Assembly (NCBI RefSeq): GCF_006345805.1
Contig: NW_021824848.1
Coordinates: 1,707 to 65,706 of the forward strand
Direction: 5' to 3'
DNA length: 64,000 bases
Source of the DNA: Octopus sinensis
Taxonomy: Eukaryota
A program made the position numbers and the translations under genes. This document shows, one piece after another, positions 27,647 through 41,907 of this stretch; position 1 is the stretch's first letter; each line of letters starts with the position of its first letter. Under the pieces are notes generated by a model, which saw only the letters and a program-made list of their open reading frames with translations, was not told the origin of the DNA and did no database searches.

Positions 27647-28199
27647 CGAGCTTTGATCAAAAAGTATCAGGACTGGTTCTGTAACAACAAAACTACAACA
27701 CATATTAATTCGGTACTTAATTTCCTTCGCAGTTGTTCCCTTCTGAAGTCATACACTCTATCTTGAGTCGTTCGAAGAAGCATTTCAAGAACTCCTTCCT
27801 TGGGATCGAAAGCAGCTCCCTCGTCGCATTCTCTTTGATCTCTTCGTCGCCCTGGATTTCTTCAATACCTTGGATTTTTTCGATGCCTTGGATTTCTTTT
27901 TCCACTTCAAAGACTGAGCCTTGATTTCGGTGTCATGACTCGTTTTGAAAATGTTTTCGTCTTCCTAGACATAATCAAGGAGATCCTTCGCAGCTGAAAC
28001 CTGATCTTCTTTTCAAGACGACCACACTCTACAGACTTTACTTCCAGGCACTGCTGTAAACAACAAAATTGAACAAGAGCGTTTTAACTAGTGTGTATGC
28101 GAGACAGAGTTGAAGGTGAATCTGTACAAAGCGGCTTCACACTGCATAATCTAGCTCCGTTACCATAGCAACAGTCCAAATATTTTTGATCAGACCTAG
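27647..28199 (-). mobile_element. Internally deleted mariner transposon
   Basis: Imperfect TIRs (cgagctttgatcaaaaagtatcaggactg / cagtccaaatatttttgatcagacctag) flanked by TA; relic peptides DENIFK..DTEIKAQS..WK and EEIKENATRELLSIP..EFLKCF...C.TSEGN..EG*. Confidence 0.8.
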
Positions 28200-28535
28200 T
28201 ATTTTTAACATCGAAAATTATGCGTTGTAAATAAATATCAAATAATAATCAAACAAAAAGGCGGCGAACTGACAGAAACGTTAGCACACCGGGCGAACTG
28301 CTTTGCGGTATTTGGTCTGCCGTTATGTTCTGAGTTCAAATTCCGCCGAGGTCGATTTTGCCTTTCATCCTTTTGGGGTCGATTAAATAAGTACCAGTTA
28401 CGCACTGGGTCGATATAATCGACTTAATCCGTTTGTTTGTCCTTGTTTGTCATCTCTGTGTTTAGCCCCTTGTGGGTAGTAAAGAAAAAATAATAATAAT
28501 TAAACAAAAACAAAATACAAAATAAATTTACATAC

Positions 28536-28739
28536 CTATGTTCAGAATTAAATGGAATTTAAAACAGCACTTTCCATTTCTACCCTCCCATTTACAATTC
28601 ATTCTTGGCGCAGCAACCTTCACGTCTATATTTGTATTTTCCAGAGCAAAGCCTGTATTGGAGGTCTGGGTGAGCTTTTCATCAACCTGGAGATCTTCAA
28701 AAATTTCCTCTAGAACATTAACCACTTCATCAGCTATAT
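28536..28739 (-). CDS. Gene C exon 2: IADEVVNVLEEIFEDLQVDE...PRMNCKWEGRNGKCCFKFHLILNI
   Basis: atatttttag acceptor, GTATGT donor, 204 nt, phase 1-1; paralogous to 40812-41012. Confidence 0.9.
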
Positions 28740-29367
28740 CTAAAAATATTGTAAAATGCATTCATCAATATTTACTTTTTGACCAGAACATACACAAATG
28801 CACTCAGAGACGCATATGCGTCCTAACACGACGGATATCCACCCAGTAGACCCCTTTTCCACCTCGAATATAAGTCGCCCCACACATATAGTATACCTAT
28901 GCACACTCCATACCTGTACAAATACTCCGAATGATTTAACCAAAATAAAAACAAAACACACACAAACCAGCAAACAGATACCTGTACGATCTTTGGACAA
29001 GGTTAACCTCCTTTTCCCCAATATGTATATGCTATACATATAGTACCACTCTACAAGAACACCAGACCCAAAACCAGCGCACAGTTTTTATACACACATT
29101 TCCAAAAAAATCTTGTCGTTTTGCAACATATCTAGAGGTGGTTTTCGTGCCGAAGGACATATCTTGCTTGGTTGTGAATATAAATTTCGTAAAATAATTA
29201 AAACAAATGAACAAATGAAAAATATAAAACAGTATTTAGTCACAAGTTCTTTTTTATATTGGTTCTGTGAGCTAACTTATAAACTAACTCAGAGTATATG
29301 CAACATCATACTTCTATAATTGAGTACTGGAGTTTACCCTTGCAGAGACATTAGATCCTTATACTAG

Positions 29368-29612
29368 TGGGTTGGTGCATAATTATTGCGGCTTTTTTTC
29401 AATAAATTTTATTCAACAAGAACAATAACAACATGTAACAAAAACATCTTTAAATGACGTTCTCTCCGTCTGCAAAGCAGTAATTGAAGTAGATGGTAAA
29501 TATGCTCCGGAATAAACATTTAAACATGTTTTTGTTACATGTTGTTATTGTTATTGTTTTTGTTGAATAAAATTCGTTGAAAAAAATGCCGCAATAATTA
29601 TGCACCAACCCA
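29368..29612. mobile_element. Mariner-derived MITE (~245 bp fold-back)
   Basis: Inverted termini TGGGTTGGTGCATAATTATTGCGGC with arms extending ~95 bp; TA at the right end; similar to the Hsmar1/MADE1-type TIR. Confidence 0.75.
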
Positions 29613-31935
29613 TACATGTTGCCTGTTGCGCATTAAAAGGAGAACGTTTATGTATATATGTTGGGAGATGGGTTGCATACCTATGTATATACACACACAC
29701 ACATACACACACACACATACACACACACGCATTTTAACATTATCTTTGTCATATGTTTACAATTTTATAATAATACGATATACAATATGGTTCCAAGTTC
29801 AGTCCCACTTCATGGCATCTTGGACAAGTGTTTTGTACTATAGCCTCGAGCCGACCAAAGCGCCTTGTGAGTAGAATTCCCCTAGACAGAAAGTGAAAGA
29901 AGCCGTCGTGACCTAATTATGTCGGAATAAAATGCACACACAAGCAATTTTTATGAATACTAACCTTGGTACAATTATACTGGCAGAATGATATTCGGAT
30001 AATATATGTAGTTCATTGAAAGCAATTGAGTATATAATCCTTTTTTGAGCTATTCAATGTACATTTTAGTAACTATACAGATCATAATATACTTTAGAAA
30101 ACGCGAGGGGCAAGTTCCGAGATAGGTGAATTAAAATAAATAACAATTGAAGGACAGGTGTCAATTCATTACAGCCGTTTCTAACGAATATTTTTATTGA
30201 TTAATGAGTATATCATATCACTATAAAAACCGTTTCCTTCAGATGAATATATAAATTTTACAATCAAGGACTTTTGAAATAATTTAAAATAATTTAAAAT
30301 CCACGGCAACATACATACTTAATGGTCTTATTTCTTTTATTGCCCACAAGGGGCTAAACACAGAGGGGACAAACAAGGACAGACAAATGGATTAAGTCGA
30401 TTACGTCGACCCCAGTGCGTAACTGCTACTTAATTTATCGATCCCGAAAGGATGAAAGGCAAAGTCACCCTTGGCAGAATGCATATTTAATGATCTTGCC
30501 ACTAGTTCAGTTGCAGAATGAGCTTACCAAAACAATGTACATTTACTCAGTGAAATGGGAGGACATTTCAGAAAATATAGGGGTTAGTTGGCTTGTTATC
30601 GAGAAGGAAGGCGTGACCTCCAGTGACCTAATTCTCAACAACAGAGGAAGAAATTGCTCCATTTGTCTAAAATACACTTCAAGAAGGGGTAAGAATCAAT
30701 GATCTGTGATCATATCAACCTACTTAATTATTAAGGTCCTTTGTGATGGAACCAAAACACCATACTTTACCACTACTAAAAGACAAGAAGGAAATGGAAC
30801 CGAAGAGAACGAAATAGAGTAAGATAAAGGAAAACGAGAAAGCCAATCGTAACAGTTTATTAATTACCATTATACTAAGAGAGAGAAAAAATTTAGAAGA
30901 ATAGGAAAGCCAGTGCTCTAGTAGCGCAAGGGGTAGAGGGGCCTCTAAACCATGACTCTGGAAATTATTGAATGGGAATAAAGAAATCTCATATAAAGTA
31001 GCAAAACTATATTATAACGATAACAAATATTATTGATAAAAATGGTAAGACAATAAAAGAATGAAATGTAAATCTATAAATGTAATATGTGACAATTATT
31101 CGGTAGCCATGATAAAACTCGGAAGAGATGGCGGCGCAGATTTCCACCTCGGCATCAGAAAATCGGAGTTTTATCATGGCTACTAAATAATTGTCGCATA
31201 TTACATTTACGGATAATAAATATTATATATTGATTATAAAGGTAAATAAAGGGTAAGTAAAAGGTTCTTAAAACCGTACAAAATATGTATGAAGATAAAA
31301 AAAAACTATAAACATTTTTTTAATATATAATGAAATCTAAAAATAGGAAAAATATTAAGAATGTAAAACAAAACAAAAAAAGAAATCATATGCTGTAATT
31401 ACAAGAAGGTAAAGTTGTAGTGTGAAAATAATATTAATAATAATAGCAATAGACAACAAACAATCTTTCATCCCCTTCGAATTTACTCTTAACAGTGGTT
31501 TGAACTTTGACCGTTCCTTTTATCATGTAAGGTGCCATGTTAGGGTCACCTGTTTTGTGTATAAATGTACACTAATTTTATATCAATGATATGTTGTCTG
31601 TTGACTATTTTATGCATTCTAGTCACTGGTAGAAAATGTTCTTAATATGATTTTCTTAATCCTCGTCAGCGAATCTTACCGCCTAACTTTGTCCGTCTTA
31701 TAAGAAAAACCGTTTCTCTTTTACTTGTTTCAGTCATTTGACTGCAGTCATGCTGGAGCACCGCCTTTAGTCGAGCAAATCGAGCCCCAGGACTTATTCT
31801 TTGTAAGCCTAGTAATTATTCTATCAGTCTCTTTTGCCAAACTGCTAAGTTACGGGGATGTAAACACACCAGCATCGATTGTCAAGCGATGTTGGGCGGA
31901 CAAACACAAGCACAGACATACGCACACAAGCACAG

Positions 31936-31970
<35 letters not shown>

Positions 31971-32739
31971 TATATACGACGGGCTTCTTTCAGTTTCCGT
32001 CTACCAAATCCACTCACAAGGATTCGGTCGGCCCGAGGCTATAGTATAAGACACTTGCCCAAGGTGACACGCAGTGGGATTGAACCCGGAACCATGTGGT
32101 TCGTAAGCAAGCTACTTACCATACAGCCACTCCTTCGCCTGTGAAAACCTGTGAAAACCTGTGCTGATTTTCAAAGCGATGTACGTGTAAACAACAAATT
32201 CAATGGGTGGCTTATTAAGCAATTTCAACTTTTGTGGTTTTTTGAGGTATTTTAGCTCTTGTTTCTAGCAATAGCTGCTGCCAGTCTAGCAATAGCTGCT
32301 GTCTCCGTCACTTTTGTGACCTCTAATAATTTTACCTTTAGGTCCAAATTGCTAATAAGCCACCCATTTAAATTGTTGTTGTTGTTGTTGTGTGTGTTTG
32401 TGTGTGCGTGTGTGCATGCGTATGTGTGTATGTGTCTATGTCTGTGTCACTGTGTATGTGTGCCTGTGCATTAATGTATCTCTGTATTTGCAAACAGGTC
32501 TTCCTTTCATCGTAAACCAGTGATTACCGTACGTTGACAAGAGGCAAATTACCTCGAAATTGCAGTCCGTGCGTATCGCTTAGGTTTACGAGAGAGGGGT
32601 GACCTCCCTTTGCAAATACCATAAGGGCACAGAAAGTGTGCCTAAAGCCAGCTGGAGATGATGATCTCCTGGGGCTAAAAGCTACAGTAACACCCATCCT
32701 TAGTGATTAGCCATATTGAGATGGCTAGTATACTTTACG

Positions 32740-32779
<40 letters not shown>

Positions 32780-33100
32780 ATTTTTTCAAAAGGTTAAGAT
32801 GAACAAAAAATTTTTTAAGAGAGAAGAATGGCCATAGTATATAGCGGACCGTTATATACAATAGCCATAACACATGCTTGATACCGTTCAGAACTGAAAG
32901 TGGTTGCACATTTATTAAAGCCTACAGGCAAGTTGTAAGATTCCATCCTAAATGTTAATACCATTCTACTCTCTTAAAGATGTTTTTTCTCTTAACCTTA
33001 GCTTTTCGAAAAAATGTTTCTCTAATTACTGTATCAAGTAATTTCCGAAATACATACGTACATACATATATTATACATATATATACACACACACACATAT

Positions 33101-33132
<32 letters not shown>

Positions 33133-33274
33133 ATATATATATATCATCATCATCATCAACGTTTAACGTCCGCTTTCCATGCTAGCATGGGTTGGACGGT
33201 TCAACTGGGGTCTGGGAAGCCCGAAGGCTGCACCAGACCAGTCAGATCTTGCAGTATATACATATATATATATA

Positions 33275-33342
<68 letters not shown>

Positions 33343-33346
33343 TGTC

Positions 33347-33419
<73 letters not shown>

Positions 33420-33502
33420 CAATGAGACAGACAGTTACACACACACGCGACACACACACACATAATATATAAAGAGAGAGAGAGGGGGGGATAGAGAGAG
33501 AG

Positions 33503-33589
<87 letters not shown>

Positions 33590-33620
33590 CAGACAGACTG
33601 GGCTCCAAGCGAACACTTAC

Positions 33621-33711
33621 CTTCTTCTTCCTCAAGCACAATATTCACCACAGCACATCTTCCTAAACAGAACATCAGGGTTAGGTGAAAGACTGCACTG
33701 GTCAACATCAT
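33621..33711 (-). CDS. Gene C exon 1, signal peptide: MMLTSAVFHLTLMFCLGRCAVVNIVLEEEE; full protein 183 aa
   Basis: ATGATG start, hydrophobic core, GTAAGT donor in phase 1; near-copy of gene D exon 1 with conserved ~300 nt upstream region. Confidence 0.9.
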
Positions 33712-34139
33712 AGAAATAATTTCGGTTTTCGTCGCGGGATCGTCCGACAATGACAAAGAAATTCTAGCAGAAGGGACACCAACGGGTAATATATAAATGG
33801 AATCTCCTGAATTTATTCAAGTGGCCTACAAGTGGATATATGTTGCTGTTTGAATTACAATACAAAGCATCAAGAACAAATTTAAGCAGGAAATATTCAG
33901 GATAGGTTTCTAATGGTTTAATACATTTCCTGAAATACTAACTGAAAAGTTAAAACAAAATCATATACAACACAGGAAACAACATGCTTAGAAGTATTAT
34001 TCTGAGGTTGAGAGATCAAATTTAGCCGAAATAAGCTGACATATGAGGGGACATCGAAGGTGTCACCTCATATGTGATGAGGTGACATAGAAGGTCAAAA
34101 CAATACTCTTACCTTCTTATCTGATGAAAACTTAGTCGT

Positions 34140-35420
34140 CATCTTTGACGTGTGTTTAGGGTCATTATCATATTAGAACGTGACATGACTACCTAGTTCC
34201 TTGATGCTTTTCGACATTGTTTTCTGCAATATCTCACGATAAATTCAGTATTCTCAAAATAAATGTGAGTCCTTCCATACCAGCCGCACTCATTCATTCC
34301 CGAAGCATAATACACCCGCCGCCGTGTTTCACGGTAAACATTTTTCGCTATTACCTGTTTCTTTACTACACACAAGGGGCTAAACATAGAGGGGACAAAC
34401 AAGGACAAGCAAACGGATTAAGTCGATTACATCGACATCAGTGCGTAACTGGTACTTAATTTATCGACCCCGAAAGGATGAGAGGCAAAATCGACCTCGG
34501 CGGAATTTGAACTCAGAACGTAACGGCAGACGCAATGCGGCTACGCATTTCGCCCGGCGTGCTAACGATTCTGCCAGCTCGCCGCCTTATTTGTCGCCAT
34601 TATGTTCATCTGATCGTTGTCGTCATACTCGTTTAATACCATCTGACCGAAACAAGTTGATTTTAGTCGCGTTAGAAAAAAGAGCATTTTTTTCCAAAAC
34701 TCCCGGCATTTATTCATAAAGGTTTCGACAAAAGAATGTCGACTTGATTTATGCCTGGTACTCTTTACTCTTTTACTTGTTTCAGTCATTTGACTGCGGC
34801 CATGCTCGAGCACCGCCTTTTAGTCGAGCAATTCGACCCCGGGACTTATTCTTTGTAAGCCTAGTACTTATTCTATCGATCTCTTTGGCCGAACCGCTAA
34901 GTTACGAGGACGTAAACATACCAGCGATGTTGGGGGAACAAACACAGACACACAAACATATACACACATACATATATACGACGGGCTTCTTTCAGTTTCC
35001 ATCTACCAAATCCACTCACAAGGCTTTGGTCGGTCCGAGGCTATAGTAGAAGACACTTGCCCAAGGTGACACGCAGTGGGACTGAACCCGGAACCATGTG
35101 GTTCGTAAGCAAGCCACTTACCACATAGCCACTCCTACGCCTGGTAGTGAGGAGAGTCTTTATACGAAGAATGCGTCCATGAAGACCACACTGGTTCAAA
35201 TTTCGACGAACTGTTTGGGTGGCTTCACTCTCTCCACTAATAGAAGACAATTCTTGGGCCAAAGATAAAGCGGTACGATGCCTGTCATCCATCAGGTAAC
35301 GTTAGATGTGGCGTATATGGACCCGCTATTTTAAATAGAAGGCCGTCCTGAACGATGTTTATTGCTTAGACATCCAATAGCTTTGTACTTTTGAATTACT
35401 TTGGTAACTGTGTTTACGCT
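34140..35420 (-). mobile_element. Tc1-family transposase relic interrupted by two SINEs
   Basis: Fragments TVRRNLNQCGLHGR..RIKTLLT (35150-35290), F..TFMNKCREFWKK.LF (34600-34740) and TVKHGGG..ML..WMSAAG (34200-34345). Confidence 0.7.
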
Positions 35421-35572
35421 AATATGTCTTCCTTCATTAATTAACTGGCATCCTATAATGTTCGCATGTATAATATATTTTATTCAGTTTAAATTTCGTT
35501 TGATTTCCTTCGATTATTATCAGAGTAATGGCAACTTTACTGAAACCTTTTAGGGGTATACATAATTCTCTG

Positions 35573-35638
<66 letters not shown>

Positions 35639-35693
35639 TGTGTGTGTGTATGTGTCTGTGTGTGTATGTCTGTGTGTGTGTCTGTGTCTGTGT

Positions 35694-35737
<44 letters not shown>

Positions 35738-36169
35738 ATATGTATTTGTGAGTCAGTATTTGTTCCCGCACCATCGCTTGACAAGCGACGATGGTGTGTT
35801 TACACCCCGTAACATTATCAGTTCGGCAAAAGAGACCGATAGAATAAATACTACGCTTACAAAGATTAAGTCCGGGGAGTCGATTTGTTCGACTAAAGGC
35901 GGTGCTCCAGCATAGCCGCAGTCAAATGACTGAAACAAGTAAAAGAATAAAAGAATATATACACATGCATACATATCTATATACACATATATATATACAT
36001 ACACACACATATATATATACGTATATACATACATATATATATATATATGTGTGTATGTATGCATGCATGCATGTGTGTGTGTGAATGTATGTATGTATGT
36101 TGTGTGTGTGTGTGTGTGTTTATGAACATGAACACACACACAAATCTATATAAATACCTTTTTCTTATT

Positions 36170-37330
36170 GGTTGACAACTTTGGAAAATCCTTGCACTTA
36201 TTTCCCCTTTTCAATTGAAACAACACATGATTGCCGTTTCGTAATTATGGTACACACTGACGAGGCGGAGTCATCTTTCATAAACAAAGAATATCTGTTG
36301 CGTATCATTCGATACACATGCATTTTTCTATATTGTTCAAATACAGGACACAGGACAATTTTGGTTATTTCCTTAGCTTGTGAACGGGAATAAGGCAGGT
36401 CAGGTACCTTCAACCGAAGCAATAGAGCTGCTTTGCGCGTGACCCAAATTACATTATGTGACACATTACAGACTTTTGTTTGTCTTCGATTATTAATGTT
36501 ATTTCCTAGTTGCTTTGGTCAAGAAAGCAAAGAATATTATTATTAGTCTCTTCAAACTTTGGTTCTGTGGCCAGAACATTGATGTTTTAAAAATAATATT
36601 TATATATGAAGTTGTAACCTGAATTAATGTTTTTAAAGTAATTATACTATTTAATGTGAGTGTGTATATTAGCAGTGGAAACGTATTTCAACTAATCTAA
36701 ATTGTGAATGTATATATATATATATATATATATAACACAGGGTGTTGAACAGCGTTTGGACAGCAAAGCAGCATGTAAACATGCCTCTATATTTATTTCT
36801 AGAACATTCTGGCAACACTGAATGCACTATCAATAAAAGGATTCGAGAAACATAGATCTTTAGTTCGGTCAAAGTGGACATACACCATTTGCAGGGTACA
36901 GCTTTTCCATGTTTTATTATCAAAATTTCACATTTGGACCCACAAAATCTCCTTCCAGTATCTGGAGGGTATTCGGTAATATGGTCCAATTGTTCTGTTA
37001 AGTGGTTGGTGTTTGACACATACATTTCTCAGCTCCTTGACAAAGAAAAATGTGAGCTACTTCTGAATCTATTTCTATGGTCACTACGTGAGCAGGTATG
37101 AAAGTGAGCTTAATGAGAAGACGAAGAGAAACACGTGCAGGCTATCACCCTGAAAGATACCTTTTTGGTAGAGAAGGCTATCAGACTCTGTGCATAAATT
37201 GCATGTGATATTTTGGCAGGCTATTGGGCAGTAATTTTTAGCAAGGGTGGTTTGGATATTTTGTGGGAAGAAAAGAATAGTTTCAGTTGATAACCATTGG
37301 GGGTAGTTCTTGTGCGTCCTTTCCTCCATA
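36170..37330 (-). mobile_element. Highly decayed R4/Dong-like LINE fragment
   Basis: KNYCPIAC, KGIFQGDSL..FLFV..LS.LSYLL motifs shared with the element at 49598-54395. Confidence 0.55.
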
Positions 37331-37364
37331 CAACCTTATGAGATCTCACCTATGCACGGATTTG

Positions 37365-37396
<32 letters not shown>

Positions 37397-37747
37397 TGTA
37401 TGTATATATGTATGTAGGTATGTATGTATGTACGTATGTATGTACGTATGTATGTATATAATTGTTTGTATGCTTTGGAGGAGCGATTGGGAGAACTTTT
37501 TAAACAAATGGTAAAGCAATAAATCTTAACAAATTTTTTCACTTTTCAAATATCTTTATTTCGGTTTTTACAGTTGGCTTTTACAATTAATCTCAAGAAA
37601 ATGTCTTTAAACTGAATATATTTATCATCGAAGCTAATATTTGATTTTGTCTTCCGTTTACTTTACTTTATTTTGTATATTTGAAAAATGCCCTATACAA
37701 TGGAGTATAAAAACTTTACATGTCTACCATGCAATTTGAATTGATAT

Positions 37748-37962
37748 TTATACTATTGACATAGATGGTGATCTATTACATCCACTGTTCTTAAAACAGG
37801 TTATTGTACAACCAACTAAATTGTCGAATTTATAAGTATGGGTTTTATAATCAGCTTTGAAACACATCACGATTCCTTCGCTGGAAATAAAACGCAGCTT
37901 CAATTCTAACTCGAACTTAAAGTAGCCAAAACGGATATCAACCTCGTGTTCATCATAGTGAT
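37748..37962 (-). CDS. Gene D terminal exon 4: (N)[70 protein letters not shown]
   Basis: ttttgttttaatttacag acceptor; 215 nt open frame; 32/71 identical residues to gene A exon 4 by hand alignment. Confidence 0.9.
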
Positions 37963-38157
37963 CTGTAAATTAAAACAAAATGAATGGAATAAAAGATATG
38001 TCTTACAGTCATATGTATAAATACACACACACACACATACACAGATACATACATACATATATACATATATATATCTGCATATATATATATATGCATATAT
38101 ATATATATATGTATGTATATATATATATGTGCATGTGTGTATGTATTTCTTAATACA

Positions 38158-38218
<61 letters not shown>

Positions 38219-38327
38219 AGAGAGAGAGAGAGATGGATTAGCATATATGCTTGTATGTAATAAAACCTAAACATACATCTATGTATATATAAACATTTAT
38301 ATATGTGTGTGTGTGTGTAATGTATGT

Positions 38328-38391
<64 letters not shown>

Positions 38392-38965
38392 CCTGCGAAG
38401 TAGCAGTTCGGCAAAAAGGAACCCTTCTTGTATGGAAATGTACGGGGCCGATTTCTTCCATTTGAAACCATTTATGTCGTTATTTACAGCTCATCCTTTT
38501 GGAAAACTGCAATCTGCACTTCGCATCAGAAATGTCGACTGATACGCACTGTCCAGTACTAGTTCGGCCCCGTGGTTGGTGCAAGTTCTACCTTAGATAT
38601 AGGGAACTAAAAGTGAATAAATGCAATGACGTTACAGGAGAAACTCTTGATGTTGTTGACGACGAACTAGTTATCTGTTTCAAAGGATTTGGGGGCCTGA
38701 GACAACTTGACGTAGTTATAAGCGGAAATTCGTAATACCTCTGCAATAACTGTATGTCTGTTAAGTTCAATTTTCGCCGAGGCCAATTTTTGATTTTTGA
38801 ATTTTTTTTGTTTGTTTTTATTCTTTTGTTTTGTTTTAGTTTTTTTTTTTTATTTTACGTGGTCATTTCTTCACTGCCTCGATGAATTACTTTCATCAAT
38901 AAATTACTTTGACAATACAAACGTCAGAAAACAGCACTGATATCATTGAAAAGAATGATACTTAC

Positions 38966-39052
38966 TACTTAAATACCCATTACCAACTGTGTGGATACCT
39001 GATTTAACGTGATAATTTACATAAGGGTAACTGACCTCCATTCTCACACATA
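38966..39052 (-). CDS. Gene D exon 3: (I)CVRMEVSYPYVNYHVKSGIHTVGNGYLS
   Basis: cttgtttatattttcag acceptor, GTAAGT donor, 87 nt, phase 1-1. Confidence 0.9.
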
Positions 39053-40811
39053 CTGAAAATATAAACAAGACAAAAGAACAAACTTTATTAATATGAAAAA
39101 CAAACTCTAATGCATAAAGAATGGGTTTCTAATAAAATCGCAAGAGCAGCAACCTTGATGGGCAGAGGGTTTGTCATCACCATTGGTCCTTGTACTGCAC
39201 TGGTCCTTGCACTTTCGTTAATACCGAAGGTATGAATGACAGAGTAGATGGCAGTGGGGCATGGACTGAAAACGCAAATGTAACAAATGCCACAAGTAAT
39301 TTCTTCCGATGCTCCAACGATTCCACCCTTTCAAACTCTATTACAAGGAATTATTCTCATTTCGTTATTATAACGAAATATAAAAGCGGTGGCAAATTAG
39401 CAGAATCGTTAGAGCGTCGGTAAAACTGCTTCGCAGTATTCCTTCTGGCTATTTACATTCTGAGTTCAAACCCCACCGAGGTCAACTTTGCCTTTCATCC
39501 TTACCGGTTCTGTAAAATAAAGTACCAGTCAAGTACAAGTTTCTTCTCAAACTGCTGACTTTCTACGTAGACTAGAAATGATTATGAGAAAATTCGATGA
39601 AAATAGTTTCTATTCACGGACAGCGGTCAGTCTAAGCAGACCTATCATGTATGCACTCGTGTCAAACTTAGAATTGATTCTGTTGATCAGAACTGATATG
39701 TTGAGACATTTTGGCCCACCCTCTTTCTCTTTCTATCTCCCTCATTCTCTCACTCTTCCTATGTGTATGTACATATTTCTTATTTCTTTATTGTCCATAA
39801 GAGGCTAAACATAGAGGGGAAAAACAAAGACAAAGGGATTAAGTCGATTGCATCTACCCAGTGCGTCACTGGTTCTTAATTTATCGACCCCGAAAGGATG
39901 AAAGGCAAAGTCGACCTCGGCGGAATTTGAACTCACAACGTAGCGGCAGACGAAATACCACTAAGCATTTCGCCCGGCGTGCTAACGTTTCTGCCAGCTC
40001 GACGCCTTAACATATGTATGTACATATTTCTGCTTGTGCATACACGCACGTCTGCGTGGGTTCCGCTTGTGTGTGTTTGTGTGTGTGTGTCGGTGTCGGT
40101 GTGTATGTGTGTATGTGTGTGCGAACACGATCGCGAGCGCAGAGTGGGGATGCGTTCGTCGATGTATGTATTTCTCTCCAGCGCTAAAGAAAGACCGTCA
40201 CCAAAACAGGCTGAATGTCCAATCTGCTGTGCCAAATCGTCAGCGTCGAAGCAGCTGCGCCCACTTGTCACGTTCCAGGTGGACCAATAGCAAAACCAGG
40301 TGTACCCAGCTGAGTTTGTTGCGAGTCTATGATTATTCTTACGTTCTGAGCTCAAATCTACCACGAATCTCCGATAAAGTATATACGATGCACAAATCCA
40401 GTCCGTGATCATTCAAGAATGTTTAAATAGGCGAAGGTGAAGAACACGATTGACAGACAGATAAACCAATGGGCACTCGTCGCTAATTTATATGAATCAT
40501 TGTCAATGCTGAGTACCCGTCGTACCCAAGAACTTTAGCTGTCGATGAAATAGTACGTGTATTAGAGATATAAGCACTTATCTCTTGTTATCATTTAATA
40601 AGTATTAACGTATTAACTTAGAGTGTATGCTGGATAGAGTTCAAGGCGAATCTGCACCAAGCTGCTTCAAACTCTGTTGTTTAGTACCGTTAACATAGCA
40701 ACTGTCCAGATATTTTTGATTTGACTTTATATGTTATCGACGAAGATTATGCGCTGTAAATGAATAACAAATAATAATGAAACAAAACAAAATAAAAATA
40801 AATCTACATAC

Positions 40812-41012
40812 TTTTGCTGGTAATCAAATAAAAGCGAAAACAACAGTTTCCTGTTCTACCATCCCAATTACATTTCATTGTCGGCACATATTTCACACCC
40901 ATATTTGTATTTTCCAGGGAAACATTAACTTTGGAATTTTGGATGAGCATTTCATCAACCTTGAGTTCTTCGACAATCTCTTCTAGATCCTTAATCACTT
41001 CATCAGTTTTGT
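40812..41012 (-). CDS. Gene D exon 2: KTDEVIKDLEEIVEELKVDE...PTMKCNWDGRTGNCCFRFYLITSK
   Basis: catattttcag acceptor, GTATGT donor, 201 nt, phase 1-1; paralog of gene C exon 2. Confidence 0.9.
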
Positions 41013-41844
41013 CTGAAAATATGGTAAAATGCATTTATCAATTGCTAGGTTGCAAGACGCAATGAAAATTTTAGGAAAATAAGAATAAGAAATAAGTGGA
41101 AATTTTACCGTGAGTGTGTTTATTATAAGGCACAAAACAAAAATGACTTTCCTCAGACACAACAGAATATGCTTCAACACACGAACTCACATAAAGAATC
41201 TTGCAAACCAAATTCAAAAATGAAATACAATGCAGGAATTTGTTAATATATTCTTCTCTTTATACACATTTATATAAAAATTTTTGGACGAATGCGTTTT
41301 TTTTTTCCTTACTATTGTTACGTTGCAACAAGTTGGAACCAATATTTATGAGTGCATATATGTATATGTGTGTGCGTGCGCGTGTATGCGTGCGTATGTA
41401 TGGATGTCTGTATGCATGTATGGTCGAGGGCGTATCTTCTAGTGTTTAGGGTGATGCAATCACGATCGCCAGACGTTGGTTCAATTCCTGGACCGGGATA
41501 TGCGGTGTGTTCTTGAGCAGAACATTTCACCTCACATTGTCCTGTGGTCACTTCCAGGTATAAAGTGTTGTTCACTGTACACCTATTCAGGCAACGTCGA
41601 TCCGATTGATGGAAGGAGTTGGCACATACATTTTATGTAGTCATTCTCTTTTGGTGCCTTATAATTTAACACACTCACCGGTAAAATTTCCGCTTATTTT
41701 GAGTCAAAACTATTGAAAAGGTTACAAAACGCAACGAAAATTTTAGAAAGATAAAGAAATAAGTGGAAATTTTACCGGTGAGTGTATTAAATTATAAGGC
41801 ACCAAAAGAGAATGACTCACCCGAGACACAACAGTATATATACA

Positions 41845-41907
<63 letters not shown>

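Noticed and set aside
27717-27905. EIQGIE-repeat ORF as a host gene
   Set aside because: It is the C-terminus of a mariner relic bounded by TIRs.
33346-33756. N-terminal extension MSLSDDPATKTEIIS on gene C
   Set aside because: The track start is a TTG; homology to D and B places the start at ATG 33711.
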